The notes under the pieces: model-generated
What the model saw: only the letters and a program-made list of their open reading frames with translations
The model's database searches: none
Told to the model about the DNA's origin: nothing
Position numbers and translations under genes: made by a program
Shown: positions 42,492-52,247 of the stretch, piece after piece
How the letters are laid out: every line of letters starts with the position of its first letter
Position numbering within the stretch: position 1 is the first letter of the stretch
NCBI GenBank assembly: GCA_041653315.1
Contig: JBAZFO010000004.1
Coordinates: 1 to 57,752 of the forward strand
Direction: 5' to 3'
DNA from: Candidatus Micrarchaeia archaeon
GTDB lineage: Archaea; Micrarchaeota; Micrarchaeia; Anstonellales; JAHKLY01
DNA: 57,752 nt

Positions 42492-42970
42492 TCTCCTTTC
42501 ACCAGCAACCGTAAGGATGCGCCGGGGTCGCTCGGAGCGAACTGACTAAAGTTCGGATCGACATAGACGCCGCCGTTGGCCTCGATTTGATCTATAACGT
42601 CATAAAAATGGCTTAAAATCCCTTGCACCCATTGCCAGGCAGGCAGGATCAACATAATCAAGCGAACCAACTGCGCTTGGGCTACGGCTCTGTCTGACTC
42701 AGGAGTTTCGGGGTTGAGAATTATGGCCAAAACCGCAGCTACCGCCGCCGCCAAACTTATCTGGGTGCCCAGATCATAATGGGAAAAGATGAAAGTATGC
42801 AGTTCATCTTTCAGTAGATTGATAGCGTCAATCTTTTCTCTTACGGATACAGCCTGGGTAAGCGCCTTAGGATGGATTAAGTCTGCTCTGTCAGGAGTAA
42901 CCCCTGATTGCATCTCCAACGCCAATACTCGCCGTTCTAATTTCAGAAATTGTTCCGCCGGAGTTGCCAT
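42488..42970 (-). CDS. Hypothetical tail protein (160 aa)
   Basis: ORF overlapping neighbours by 4 nt. Confidence 0.45.
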   Translation of the reverse strand: MATPAEQFLKLERRVLALEMQSGVTPDRADLIHPKALTQAVSVREKIDAINLLKDELHTFIFSHYDLGTQISLAAAVAAVLAIILNPETPESDRAVAQAQLVRLIMLILPAWQWVQGILSHFYDVIDQIEANGGVYVDPNFSQFAPSDPGASLRLLVKGE

Positions 42971-42971
42971 T

Positions 42972-45900
42972 TTATGCCGCCTGATCGATCACGGGCTGGA
43001 ACCCGGTGATGCGGCGCAGACCGTCCGCCGCCTGGTGGGCGATTTTGGATTTGACGTATCGGGCCTGCAGGTAGCCGATGGACCAGTCCTCGAAGCCGTC
43101 ATAGGCCCCGGCAGTCAACTTATAATCCACCGACAACTGAGGAGGCTTATTGCCGGTTTCGCCCGGCCCCAGGTTGCTTTGTATTCGCGCCCAGAGCCGG
43201 GCCGTCTCATCACTCCCTAAGTCAATCTCCGGGGTCTCATAGCTGTATTCCTCATAGGGATTATGGCAGTAGCCAAAGAGACAATCGAAATAATCATCAA
43301 TAGTGGCCGGCTGCATGGACGGGTTGATGTTACCGGTCTGGGGGTTGCGGACACAGTTGATCAGGGTCCCGGCCCACAAGGGGGCCTGTTGTGTCTGACT
43401 AATGATTGTATAGAACTGGTAGACCTGGAGAGTTACCCGGGCCGCGGTCGCTGAATAGTTGCCAGAGGTATCAATGGCCTTAATGAGAAAATCCCAGGTG
43501 CCAAAGGGGACTTTTGTGGTGTTAAAAGTGCTCCCAGAGTATTTGCCATTCACTACCGCTGCATAATCCCAATCAATTCCAACCTCGCCATATCTAATTT
43601 CATAGGTAGGTACGTCTTTATCTGGAACTAAAGTCCACTCGGCTTCAATTTGGTTCTCCATCTGCATAACTATAAAACCGGTCACATCGGAGGGATCGGC
43701 AGTCTTGCCCTCTACCACATGCGTTTCCGTTGTGCACCACGGACCCCGGGAGCCGTCTTTTTTGACGTAGCGCAGGCGGAAATCGTAGCTCTGGCCGTCC
43801 GTTACCGGGAGGATTGACACCTCGCCCACATCCAGAGAGACCACGGGGAGAGTAAGGGCCGCTTCTCCGCTGCCCGTAACCCAGAATTGCCCCTCAACGC
43901 CGGTGATTTGGTGGTCCAGGCCGGAGGGCCGTACCAGAGTGACCAGAATGCGGGATTGCCAGCCACCGCCGGGGATCGGGAAAAGGACTGAACCGTCGGA
44001 ACGGATATCGCCGATAAGCGGGGCTGACCAGGCGGCCGGGATAGATATTTTCGGGTCATGATTGGGAATAGCGCCCACGTCCGCCAGGTAGATATTTTCA
44101 TCGTAGGGCACCGTGACCACGGTGGCGGAAAGATCACTGTTCGGCTGAATGGATTTGATGAGCAGGTCGTTGGCTTCCAGGCCGGCTTCGCCGAAGAGGA
44201 AAAGGTCACCGGGCAGGAGGTTGAATTCCGCCGGATCAACCGGGGTTACGAAGGTGACGGTCTTGACCTCGCCGGCGTCGGTCACTATGGGGCAAAGCAG
44301 GCTGGTATTGTCGCTCAACCGGAAGCGCAGCACATAGTCTTTCCCCGCTTCCATGGGCAGGATCTCGTCAACCGTCACGCCGCCAACAGGGCCGGAGTAA
44401 ATTGGCTTTGTCAGGTCGGGCTCCCCGTATTTTGCCCCGGAACCGTACTTGATGCCGCCGCCATATTTGTTTTTTATTTCATAGCCGATGATCTCCATGA
44501 CTACTGATTTCACCCGGCCCCAACTCAAACCCGACAACATCACATCATGTCCGACTTTGGTCCGGTCTCCCCGGGTGGCCACCAGCCATTCGATATCCGT
44601 GCCGAACTGGACCGACTCAAAGCCGCGCAGTCGGGCCACAGCGTCATGATAGCGGGTATGGCGGAAGATCAATTCGGGGTCGGTAACGCCAGGGAGGTCA
44701 AGCTGCTCGAAGATCGCGGCCTCGGCATAATTTTGCGTGGGGGAGAACGGCTCCCCCACAACCTGAGTAACACCCCAAGTATCTTTGCCGTTAATCAGAT
44801 AGCCGTCCGATGGGATGATCCGTTCGTCTTGTTGATACTGCATGCCCTCATTGATAAACGGGCACCGGAAGGCATGGGGGCGCTCCACGATGGTCACGGT
44901 GGATTGGAAAGAATCCTTGAGGATATTCCGGGGCGTGAAGGCCGGGCCGGTGACAAAAGGTTTGGGCTCATCGATGATCACCCCCACCTTGGAATCGATG
45001 CGGGTGTAAGCCGACCGGGCCGCGGCGGCGATTTCCTTGATCAGCTCTTCAACCGTGCAGTTGTAGTCGATGTATTTGTGATATTTCCAGCCCTGGGTTT
45101 CGCAGTATTCGTGCCAGTATTGCAAATTCAACAGGTCAATCCTGGAGTCCGCCAAGGGCTTCTGGTTCTGAGGACCTTGGAGAACCAGCCGCTTAAGGCT
45201 GGCCGGATTCTGGGTAGGCCGGGTGATCCAGGTCTCGGTCTCGGCGTCCCAATCCGGACAAATGGAAGTAAGGGTGCCCTTAAACTCTTCTACCGTGCCG
45301 TTTAGCCGCCCCGTGGCCTGGATACGCATGGCGGTCTTAGCCAGGGGGTGTGGGAAGCCAATGGGGTCTTCGTTCGTGATGGTGCGCAGGGCCACCCAAT
45401 AACTGACTGAAGAGGTCCAGATAGTGTCTGGGGCCGTGGTGCGCACCACTTTGATATCGTATTGGCCGCGGGCCGGAACCTTCCAGCGCAGGTTACCGCG
45501 CACCTGGGATTTGGTGTTGCCGGTCATGGCGATGGCGGTAGCCGCGTTGCCGTCCCCGTCCGTGCCATTCGGGGTAAGCCAGCCCCCGGAGGTTCCGGTT
45601 TCCCGGTAGGCCACGGTGAAAATGACGGTGAAATTATAAGTGCCGCCGCCGGCGGTCAGACCCATAAGGCTGTTGCAGGCTATGTCGATGGAGAGTTCGT
45701 CGGCGTCCAGGTCAGAGGTGTCGATGTTTTCGACGTTTTGTTCAAGCTCAATGCTGAGGGCCTTTTCCTGGATATCCACGGCATAGAGGGTCAGAGGATC
45801 ATCACCCCAGGTGATCGAGGCCGTCTGCGCCCCGTTCCCGGCTTCCGTGGTGGTGGCCGTGCCGGTGCTGTAGGTCAGGACCAGTTCGGTGACGTTGGTT

Positions 45901-46883
45901 GTCAGGTAGCCGGTATCGTTCGCCGCGGTGGTACAGCCGCCCAAGGTCACGGTGTCCCCGGCCTTGATGCCGTCCACCAGCCAGTTACCCTCAGTCCGGG
46001 TTAGAGTCCGGGCACTCACGTTAATGGCTATGGTTTGGTTGGATACGAGCAGGGTCAGGTTGCGGTGCTCAACCTCGATGCCTGGATAATTTTCCAGGGC
46101 GGTATCCAGGATGCGCAGATCTTCCACCTGCACCGGGGCAAAGCCCCAGATGACCAGGATGCGCAGCCATTGCTTGCCCCCGGCGCTCTCGGTATAGGTC
46201 CTGGCGCCATAGAACGGCGCCACCCGGAACTTGCCCAGGATAAAGGGTACCGGCCCCCAGAGATTCGCCTTATTCTGCGCCCCGGTGATGGACAGGGTGG
46301 GGGAGGATTGGCCGTAGTCCACCCCGGTCAAGCCGGGCATGGCGGAAAGTGCAGTGAGAGTGCCCGCGCCGCCCGGCTGGACCGGCGGGAATAGGGCGTT
46401 CAGGGCCAGGTTACCGACGACGCCGACGATGCCGCCCGCCAATGATCCCATCATTGGAGCCAAAATAGGATAAGCCGCTGGGCCGATCATCCAAGTTACC
46501 AGGGCAGCGACCGCAATCACCGCTATCGCCAGAAAGACAGTCCCGACAATCCGCCCGACCCCGCCGCCGGAGGGCACCACCCGGATAGCGATTTCTGACC
46601 CGGGCGCGGGATAGGTGTTGTCCCAGAGTTCCGGGGCCATATATTTGTCGTTTACCCAAACATGCGCCCGGCGGCGCAGGAGGGCGTCTGGCTGAACTTC
46701 TGCCAGAATTTGCGTTAGGGATAGGGCGGGAGATAAGGAAAACTCCTGATTCGCCAGCTTGAACGGGTGGGTGCAAGCCACCACGTGCAACGGCTGCGGC
46801 TCAATTATGGCGGGCAAGTTCGATATGACGGTATCTCCCGATAACCCTTGTTTTCCATAGCCCGGAATTGTAAGGGGCAACAC
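42972..46883 (-). CDS. Central tail fibre/host-specificity protein (lambda J-like) with N-terminal gpI-like segment; start uncertain
   Basis: 1303 aa, follows the K-like gene; N-terminal ubiquitin-like plus hydrophobic segment as in gpI; 83-nt overlap with the upstream gene. Confidence 0.65.
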   Translation of the reverse strand: MLPLTIPGYGKQGLSGDTVISNLPAIIEPQPLHVVACTHPFKLANQEFSLSPALSLTQILAEVQPDALLRRRAHVWVNDKYMAPELWDNTYPAPGSEIAIRVVPSGGGVGRIVGTVFLAIAVIAVAALVTWMIGPAAYPILAPMMGSLAGGIVGVVGNLALNALFPPVQPGGAGTLTALSAMPGLTGVDYGQSSPTLSITGAQNKANLWGPVPFILGKFRVAPFYGARTYTESAGGKQWLRILVIWGFAPVQVEDLRILDTALENYPGIEVEHRNLTLLVSNQTIAINVSARTLTRTEGNWLVDGIKAGDTVTLGGCTTAANDTGYLTTNVTELVLTYSTGTATTTEAGNGAQTASITWGDDPLTLYAVDIQEKALSIELEQNVENIDTSDLDADELSIDIACNSLMGLTAGGGTYNFTVIFTVAYRETGTSGGWLTPNGTDGDGNAATAIAMTGNTKSQVRGNLRWKVPARGQYDIKVVRTTAPDTIWTSSVSYWVALRTITNEDPIGFPHPLAKTAMRIQATGRLNGTVEEFKGTLTSICPDWDAETETWITRPTQNPASLKRLVLQGPQNQKPLADSRIDLLNLQYWHEYCETQGWKYHKYIDYNCTVEELIKEIAAAARSAYTRIDSKVGVIIDEPKPFVTGPAFTPRNILKDSFQSTVTIVERPHAFRCPFINEGMQYQQDERIIPSDGYLINGKDTWGVTQVVGEPFSPTQNYAEAAIFEQLDLPGVTDPELIFRHTRYHDAVARLRGFESVQFGTDIEWLVATRGDRTKVGHDVMLSGLSWGRVKSVVMEIIGYEIKNKYGGGIKYGSGAKYGEPDLTKPIYSGPVGGVTVDEILPMEAGKDYVLRFRLSDNTSLLCPIVTDAGEVKTVTFVTPVDPAEFNLLPGDLFLFGEAGLEANDLLIKSIQPNSDLSATVVTVPYDENIYLADVGAIPNHDPKISIPAAWSAPLIGDIRSDGSVLFPIPGGGWQSRILVTLVRPSGLDHQITGVEGQFWVTGSGEAALTLPVVSLDVGEVSILPVTDGQSYDFRLRYVKKDGSRGPWCTTETHVVEGKTADPSDVTGFIVMQMENQIEAEWTLVPDKDVPTYEIRYGEVGIDWDYAAVVNGKYSGSTFNTTKVPFGTWDFLIKAIDTSGNYSATAARVTLQVYQFYTIISQTQQAPLWAGTLINCVRNPQTGNINPSMQPATIDDYFDCLFGYCHNPYEEYSYETPEIDLGSDETARLWARIQSNLGPGETGNKPPQLSVDYKLTAGAYDGFEDWSIGYLQARYVKSKIAHQAADGLRRITGFQPVIDQAA

Positions 46884-47226
46884 AGGTGTCTATATCCAAA
46901 TCACAGTGCAGCATGGACCCTGGTTTAATGATTAATCCCACATGGCAAGGCCAGTGGCCATGTCTGAGTAAGATCACGTCACCGGGGCGTTCCTGGCCTT
47001 CCAGAATAGGCTCCCAGGACCGGGCATGTTCCTGAAAAAGTTCCCCGGCCTCTTGGGAACTGAGGGCCGAGATATGCTCATACCCAGGTAAAGCAATCTC
47101 AAAGCAATCGCGATAAGCCTTCACCACCAGGCCCCAGCAATCCCAGCCGGTGAAATCCCGGCCCTGATCCTTGAAGGGGACGCCCGTGGGTTCAGTTGCT
47201 CGCCTGATAAAGTCAATCAATTTCAT
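46801..47226 (-). CDS. NlpC/P60-family tail protein (lambda gpK position)
   Basis: GWDCWGLV catalytic Cys and HVGLII His motifs. Confidence 0.7.
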   Translation of the reverse strand: MKLIDFIRRATEPTGVPFKDQGRDFTGWDCWGLVVKAYRDCFEIALPGYEHISALSSQEAGELFQEHARSWEPILEGQERPGDVILLRHGHWPCHVGLIIKPGSMLHCDLDIDTCVAPYNSGLWKTRVIGRYRHIELARHN

Positions 47227-47283
47227 TTTTTAGCCCTTGATATTTTGGGCGAACGCTTATATTTAATGGTCAGGAGGTTTGCC

Positions 47284-47673
47284 ATGAAATCTCTTCGTCT
47301 ACTTTTTCTATGCCTTATATTGATAATGATCGGGTGTGCTTCTTTTGCTGATATTCGCCAGTCAGAACCGATCAAAACCTTGTCCATTGATGGCCAAGCC
47401 CCGCGGAATATCGCCAACTGCTCGCTTTATGAGTTAAAGACGGAAAATGGCCTATCCCCCATTTTTGTTGAAAAAGATGGTTCATGTTTCATTATGCTCA
47501 AAGGCGATCCGGATTTCGGCTATGCTTATAATTTTGGCGAACTATCATTTAAGCCTCAAGGCAAGGGGACGTTGATTGAATTACGCACATCTACGCCTGG
47601 ATCTTGGGCCAAAGATCAAATTTGGAGTTCCGTAATCAAGTGCGCCGCCCCTCAAAACAGCCCCGGAAAATAG
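47284..47673 (+). CDS. Plus-strand moron lipoprotein (129 aa)
   Basis: AGGAGG RBS; MKSLRLLFLCLILIMIGC signal plus lipobox; lower GC; embedded antisense in the tail operon. Confidence 0.7.
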   Translation: MKSLRLLFLCLILIMIGCASFADIRQSEPIKTLSIDGQAPRNIANCSLYELKTENGLSPIFVEKDGSCFIMLKGDPDFGYAYNFGELSFKPQGKGTLIELRTSTPGSWAKDQIWSSVIKCAAPQNSPGK

Positions 47674-48134
47674 CTCGGGCAAAATGAATACCCGCACGCC
47701 GGTTCCTGGAATAACCCCTCCAGGGTCAAATCCGCCTCGATGGTCAGGGCGTTATAGGTAATCTCCCGCATCTCGAAATCCGTACAGGCCACTTCCACCA
47801 GGTCGGGGTCGGATGCCTTCACCAGTTCCAGATCGACTACCGGCGCCGTGCCCGCCGCCCCCGCCTCCCGGATCGCAGCCACCACCAGCCGGTCGATGTT
47901 GTCCATGACCAGCTTTGGCTGGGGCAGACGCTCATCCGAGTCCTCTCCCAGGGTTACCTGTAAGGGGCAGGCCAGGAAAATATGGCCACGGCTCACGACG
48001 TTGGCCCCGGAGGTGTTCAGGTAGATCGGGTTTGGCAGGCTGGCTTCCCGGATGGTCACCAGGACAATAAAGGCCTCGGCGGTCTCCTGGGCGTTTACTG
48101 CGGCGATAAAGGCAAGGGATACGTCCCGGCTCAT
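47652..48134 (-). CDS. Minor tail protein (gpL position, DUF1833-like)
   Basis: Position after the gpM-like gene; EAFIVLVTI...VMDNIDR pattern. Confidence 0.5.
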   Translation of the reverse strand: MSRDVSLAFIAAVNAQETAEAFIVLVTIREASLPNPIYLNTSGANVVSRGHIFLACPLQVTLGEDSDERLPQPKLVMDNIDRLVVAAIREAGAAGTAPVVDLELVKASDPDLVEVACTDFEMREITYNALTIEADLTLEGLFQEPACGYSFCPSYFPGLF

Positions 48135-48529
48135 GGCAGTTGCTCCATGGTCATGGCTACCCGGAAGACCCCGGCGCCCAAGTGCTCATAGTCCACCAAT
48201 TTATCTTCCGACTTCGGAACCAGCCTCACGGTGATAGTGGTGCCCCATTTGCGGGGGTGTGGCCAGACAAAAGACAGGGCCCCGTCGCTAATATCGTTCT
48301 CCAAAAAGTCTTCCCAGATAGCCATTTCATCTGGAGGAAACTCATACTCGACTTCAAACGGCCTGACCCCTGCGGTAAACCGTTTCCTGCTCTTGGCCGG
48401 ACCCGCGTCCATTTTTGACCTAATAAGGAGGTTCGGCGGAGACTCCGTTAGGGTGTCGCTATTCGGTTCAGCCGGTAAGGTTGCGGGCCAGGTTGGCAAG
48501 GTGTTACCTCTTTGTGGCGCCGCCGCCAC
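48131..48529 (-). CDS. Minor tail protein (gpM position)
   Basis: Directly follows and overlaps the tape measure gene. Confidence 0.45.
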   Translation of the reverse strand: MAAAPQRGNTLPTWPATLPAEPNSDTLTESPPNLLIRSKMDAGPAKSRKRFTAGVRPFEVEYEFPPDEMAIWEDFLENDISDGALSFVWPHPRKWGTTITVRLVPKSEDKLVDYEHLGAGVFRVAMTMEQLP

Positions 48530-51494
48530 GGTTGATCGCTTTGTAAAGTGCGCCGCGGCGGTTGTAGGCTTTGGCGGCCATCTGGTCCACGGTCACGATG
48601 ACATCGCCGTTCGGTTGCGTCTCGGCACCGGCCTGGGTATTGGGGGCGTTATTGTTCACGATGACATTCGTCGGGGACTGGCCGGCACTAAGGAAATTTT
48701 TCAAGTCACTCAAAGGTGACACCACTTCGGGCTCCCCGGCCTCGGCGATCATGGCCAGGGTGGGCTCATAGGCAATCCCGCCCGCCGCCATCTCCTGAAA
48801 GCTGAAGTTGGCGGCGCTGAAGGCATTGGAGACACCTACCAGCGACTCTCCGCCCCCGCCCGCCGCGGCTGGCGTAGCACCGCCGCCGAACAGGTTCCCG
48901 CCCCCCATGGCCCCGCTAAGGCTGTTGAGCAGCCACTTGACGGCGCTGGTCAAGGCGGTCCCCAGGGCGTCGAACCCCGGCTTCAGGGCGCTCATCATGA
49001 TGCTGTTGAACATCTCAATCAGGGTGTTACCGATATCTACGGTGCCCTGGCGGATGCCGTTGATGATGTTGGACACCCCGGAGGAAAACTCGCCAGCAAT
49101 GCTGTTCATGGTCTGGCCGTACTTCACGTCGAACTGCTTGGCGCCCAGGTTGGCGTCCAGGGCCGTCAACTCTTCCGGGGTGGCGCCCCGCCTCATGGCC
49201 TCCTGCTTGGCCCGCTGCCATTCCAGCACCAGACGTTGCAGCTTCGCTTCCTGGTCCGTGATCTGCCCTAAGAGTTGTGAAGTCTCGAGGTTCAGATCCT
49301 CGGTTTTCTGTATGGATTGTTGCCGGGCTTCCACCTGGCGCTTCAGTTCATCGGTGACCCGCTTTTCGCCTTCCAACCGGGCCTGGGCCGCTTCCGTGTC
49401 CAACTTGGCCAGGGTCTTCTTGTTCTCGGCCGCCAGCTTCTGCCGGGCGATCTCCTGGGCCGCGGGGCTCAACTTCTCATCGGCCTCCAGTTCAGTCAGG
49501 GCCTCTTGATACGCCTTCTCCTGAGCACTCTTTTTCTGGGCGATCATGGCCAGGGCCGCGGTGGTTTCTGCTTGCTGCAACTCCTGGAGGCGCAGGTAAT
49601 AGGTCTGGCCGTCGATCAGGTCATCGGACAGGCTCTTGTCAATCTCACTCCGCTTCTTATCATTGGTGGACTTAAGCAGGTCTAAAGAGTTCTGGGCGTC
49701 GGCCAGTTCGGCCTCCCGCTTGACCTTGAGCATGGCGAGCATGGGAGCCAGGAGGTTGTCGGTGGCTTCCTTGGCACCCTTTTTATCCTTATCTCCCCCT
49801 CCGGCATATTTCTTGGCATCATCCAAGGCCTTCTGGTGAGCTGCCTTGGCTTCGGCCAGGGCGGTATCGGGAGTTGTGGCCCAGGCGGCTAAATAATCCT
49901 GTACCTGGCCGGTTTTACCCGATTCCTTCAAGTCCTCCATCGTCATCCGTCCCCGGAGGTTTGCCGGGACATCAGAAACTTCTTGCTGATTTTCTATCAA
50001 AGCTGCTTGCTGATTGTGGAGCCACTCAGCATAATTATTAGCTTGCTCAATACTTTTAAATTTTCCTAAAAATTGGCCAGTATTATGATAATAATCAATG
50101 GCTTCTTGGTCATTCATTATTCGTGCATCATTACTGACGGTAGGAATCAGAACTTCCAGGTCTTCTTCATTAAATGACATTGAACGGACGGTGCTGATAG
50201 AACCATCTGGATTTTTTACTTGCGGTCTGTGATAAATGTCTATATTCCCTGGTACTTCACTCGGAGGAGAAGAAGTAGCTTGTGAAGCCGTCGGCACTTG
50301 CCAGGGCCACATGAAACCGGGGCGCTCAGTACCCGGAAGGGTAGCCCGCTTTTGAATATCGCTTATAGCGTCATAAGCTGCCTTGAGTCCAAATAGGGTT
50401 ACTATGATGGCAATGGTCCAGGGGTTGGCCGTAAGGCCGAGGAGCCAGGTCTGAAGGCCACTGGCTGTCGTCGCCGCCGCGGTCATGGCTACCGAGGCGC
50501 CCTTCAGGGCAGTAGTCAGGGCTATGATCCAACCCGCCGCCTTATTGGCTATATAAATTTCCGCCAAGGTTTTGAGCAGGTTCTTATTTTCAGCAATAAA
50601 GGCCCCAATATCGCGGATGCCTGTGGCCAACCACTTCACCCATTCGGCCCCGGCCTTCCCCCATTCTGCCAGCCGCTCCTTGTTGGCTTTGGCCCAGGCT
50701 TCGAGGTCTTTATAGCCCCGGGTCATTTCTTGAACGAAACCCATCATGGCCGGTTGGAAAATCGGCCAGAGGGCGTCCTTAGCTTCTTCGGCATAGCGGG
50801 CCATCGAATTCAACTGCTTGCCCACCGTCTCCATCTCCGCTTTATAAGCCCCCGCTGAGCGCTGCCCCGCATCCAGGGAGGCATTAAGCACCTTCATGGA
50901 ACGGGTTAGCGGATCAAGGCTGTCCGCTGATTTACCCAGGACTGTTGACAAGAGGCCGATATTAAGCAGATATTTGCGGAGAATTTCCGGTTGCTGTGTA
51001 ACGATGCCGGTCAGGATGTCGTTAAAGGCTTCGGAGGTATTCTTGCCTACCAGGGCCGCTTGGTTGCGGGCCACATCCGCCAACTGCTCAATTTTCTCCA
51101 ATGGCATGCCGGAAACCACGAAGCGAGTGACAGCATTCATGGCCTCCTGAGTAGTAATGCCGAGCTTTTTGAGTTGTCCCACATAGTAATCCAGAGACCC
51201 CTTGGACATTCCGGCATTTTTACCGACAAGTTCCATGCCCACGGCCAGGGTCTCGGTCCTGGCCCCCACCATGGCGGCGTCCTTAGCGAAATCCCGGAGG
51301 GCGGTGACCACCTCATAGATACCGACCGCCACTCCAGCGAATGCAAAGGCCTTCTTGACCGACTCGCCCACGCCCTGGGCCATGGTTTTGAAGCTCTGCA
51401 TTTCAGAGCGGCCCTGGGCCAGATCCCTTTTCAGGTCGGACAGGTCCAGGACGATCTTGCTGAGCAACAGAGCGAGTTCGGTTTGATCGGCCAT
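48504..51494 (-). CDS. Tail tape measure protein (996 aa)
   Basis: Size, helical/coiled-coil composition, TM-like central segments, follows the chaperone pair. Confidence 0.85.
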   Translation of the reverse strand: MADQTELALLLSKIVLDLSDLKRDLAQGRSEMQSFKTMAQGVGESVKKAFAFAGVAVGIYEVVTALRDFAKDAAMVGARTETLAVGMELVGKNAGMSKGSLDYYVGQLKKLGITTQEAMNAVTRFVVSGMPLEKIEQLADVARNQAALVGKNTSEAFNDILTGIVTQQPEILRKYLLNIGLLSTVLGKSADSLDPLTRSMKVLNASLDAGQRSAGAYKAEMETVGKQLNSMARYAEEAKDALWPIFQPAMMGFVQEMTRGYKDLEAWAKANKERLAEWGKAGAEWVKWLATGIRDIGAFIAENKNLLKTLAEIYIANKAAGWIIALTTALKGASVAMTAAATTASGLQTWLLGLTANPWTIAIIVTLFGLKAAYDAISDIQKRATLPGTERPGFMWPWQVPTASQATSSPPSEVPGNIDIYHRPQVKNPDGSISTVRSMSFNEEDLEVLIPTVSNDARIMNDQEAIDYYHNTGQFLGKFKSIEQANNYAEWLHNQQAALIENQQEVSDVPANLRGRMTMEDLKESGKTGQVQDYLAAWATTPDTALAEAKAAHQKALDDAKKYAGGGDKDKKGAKEATDNLLAPMLAMLKVKREAELADAQNSLDLLKSTNDKKRSEIDKSLSDDLIDGQTYYLRLQELQQAETTAALAMIAQKKSAQEKAYQEALTELEADEKLSPAAQEIARQKLAAENKKTLAKLDTEAAQARLEGEKRVTDELKRQVEARQQSIQKTEDLNLETSQLLGQITDQEAKLQRLVLEWQRAKQEAMRRGATPEELTALDANLGAKQFDVKYGQTMNSIAGEFSSGVSNIINGIRQGTVDIGNTLIEMFNSIMMSALKPGFDALGTALTSAVKWLLNSLSGAMGGGNLFGGGATPAAAGGGGESLVGVSNAFSAANFSFQEMAAGGIAYEPTLAMIAEAGEPEVVSPLSDLKNFLSAGQSPTNVIVNNNAPNTQAGAETQPNGDVIVTVDQMAAKAYNRRGALYKAINRGGGATKR

Positions 51495-51495
51495 C

Positions 51496-52232
51496 TTATT
51501 TCCCCTTCACGGGCATCCCGCTAAGAAAGGCTATGGCATCGGGAGAGAGGGTGGATTGCCGACCAGTTTTTTTTGCCGTCCCGACTGCCGGCTTCCCGTC
51601 CAGTGCCATGAGCCAGTTTTCCAATATCTTCCCCTCACCTTTCCCCAGGGCCAAGTCCAGGGCGTTCATGACGGCAACTGAGAAACCCAGGACCTGTACC
51701 TTAAGTTCTTCCTTTTGGTTCTTCAAAACCGCCCGGTAATACTGCAACACCAAATCTATCGGGTACTCGTGGAGCAAGGCCTGGTGGTCATGGCCATGGT
51801 CGACCAGGACCGCCAGCGCCCGGGTGAACTCTAAGCCGCCCTGACCATCGCTTTGAACTGGCCCATGATCAGGGGCAAGGAGTTTTTTATTCGTTCGATG
51901 TTCTGGACGATGATGGTGAGACCGATTGTCGCGGCCTGGTCGAACGCCATATCGTCAACTTCTGTTTCCGGAATATCCAGGGTGGCCGCAATCAAACCGG
52001 ACATGACCGGCAAGATGCCTTCAATGATTTCCGCCCCCTTGTCCAGCAAGACCTCCTGGGCGTTCTCCGGAGTCATATCCAGGCTTTTGAGGACCGGAAT
52101 AAGCCCGATCAGAGCCGGATAGACCTTCTTGAAGCGCCCGAACGACCAAGGCTTGATCTGGTAAGGGCCGATCTCCACTTCCGGCAACAGGGTCGCCACT
52201 TCATCCTTAACTTTTCCCTTTTCAGGCTGCAT
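51496..52232 (-). CDS. Tail assembly chaperone fusion (gpGT-like) made by -1 frameshift at 51882-51888
   Basis: The downstream ORF is in the -1 frame and open from the slippery site; see the regulatory feature. Confidence 0.7.
51831..52232 (-). CDS. Tail assembly chaperone (gpG-like, 133 aa)
   Basis: Position between the tail tube and tape measure genes. Confidence 0.7.
   Translation of the reverse strand: MQPEKGKVKDEVATLLPEVEIGPYQIKPWSFGRFKKVYPALIGLIPVLKSLDMTPENAQEVLLDKGAEIIEGILPVMSGLIAATLDIPETEVDDMAFDQAATIGLTIIVQNIERIKNSLPLIMGQFKAMVRAA
51882..51888 (-). promoter_or_regulatory. -1 programmed frameshift slippery heptamer A_AAA_AAC
   Basis: Zero-frame codons ata aaa aac verified against the ...IERIKNSL... 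translation; the -1 frame is open for 35 codons into the 51496-51777 ORF. Confidence 0.75.
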
Positions 52233-52247
52233 ACATTCTCCCTATGT

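Noticed and set aside
51496-51777. Independent translation of the 93-aa ORF from its TTG start
   Set aside because: There is no RBS, the frame is open upstream back to a canonical slippery heptamer, and the position matches the frameshifted T part of G/GT chaperones.
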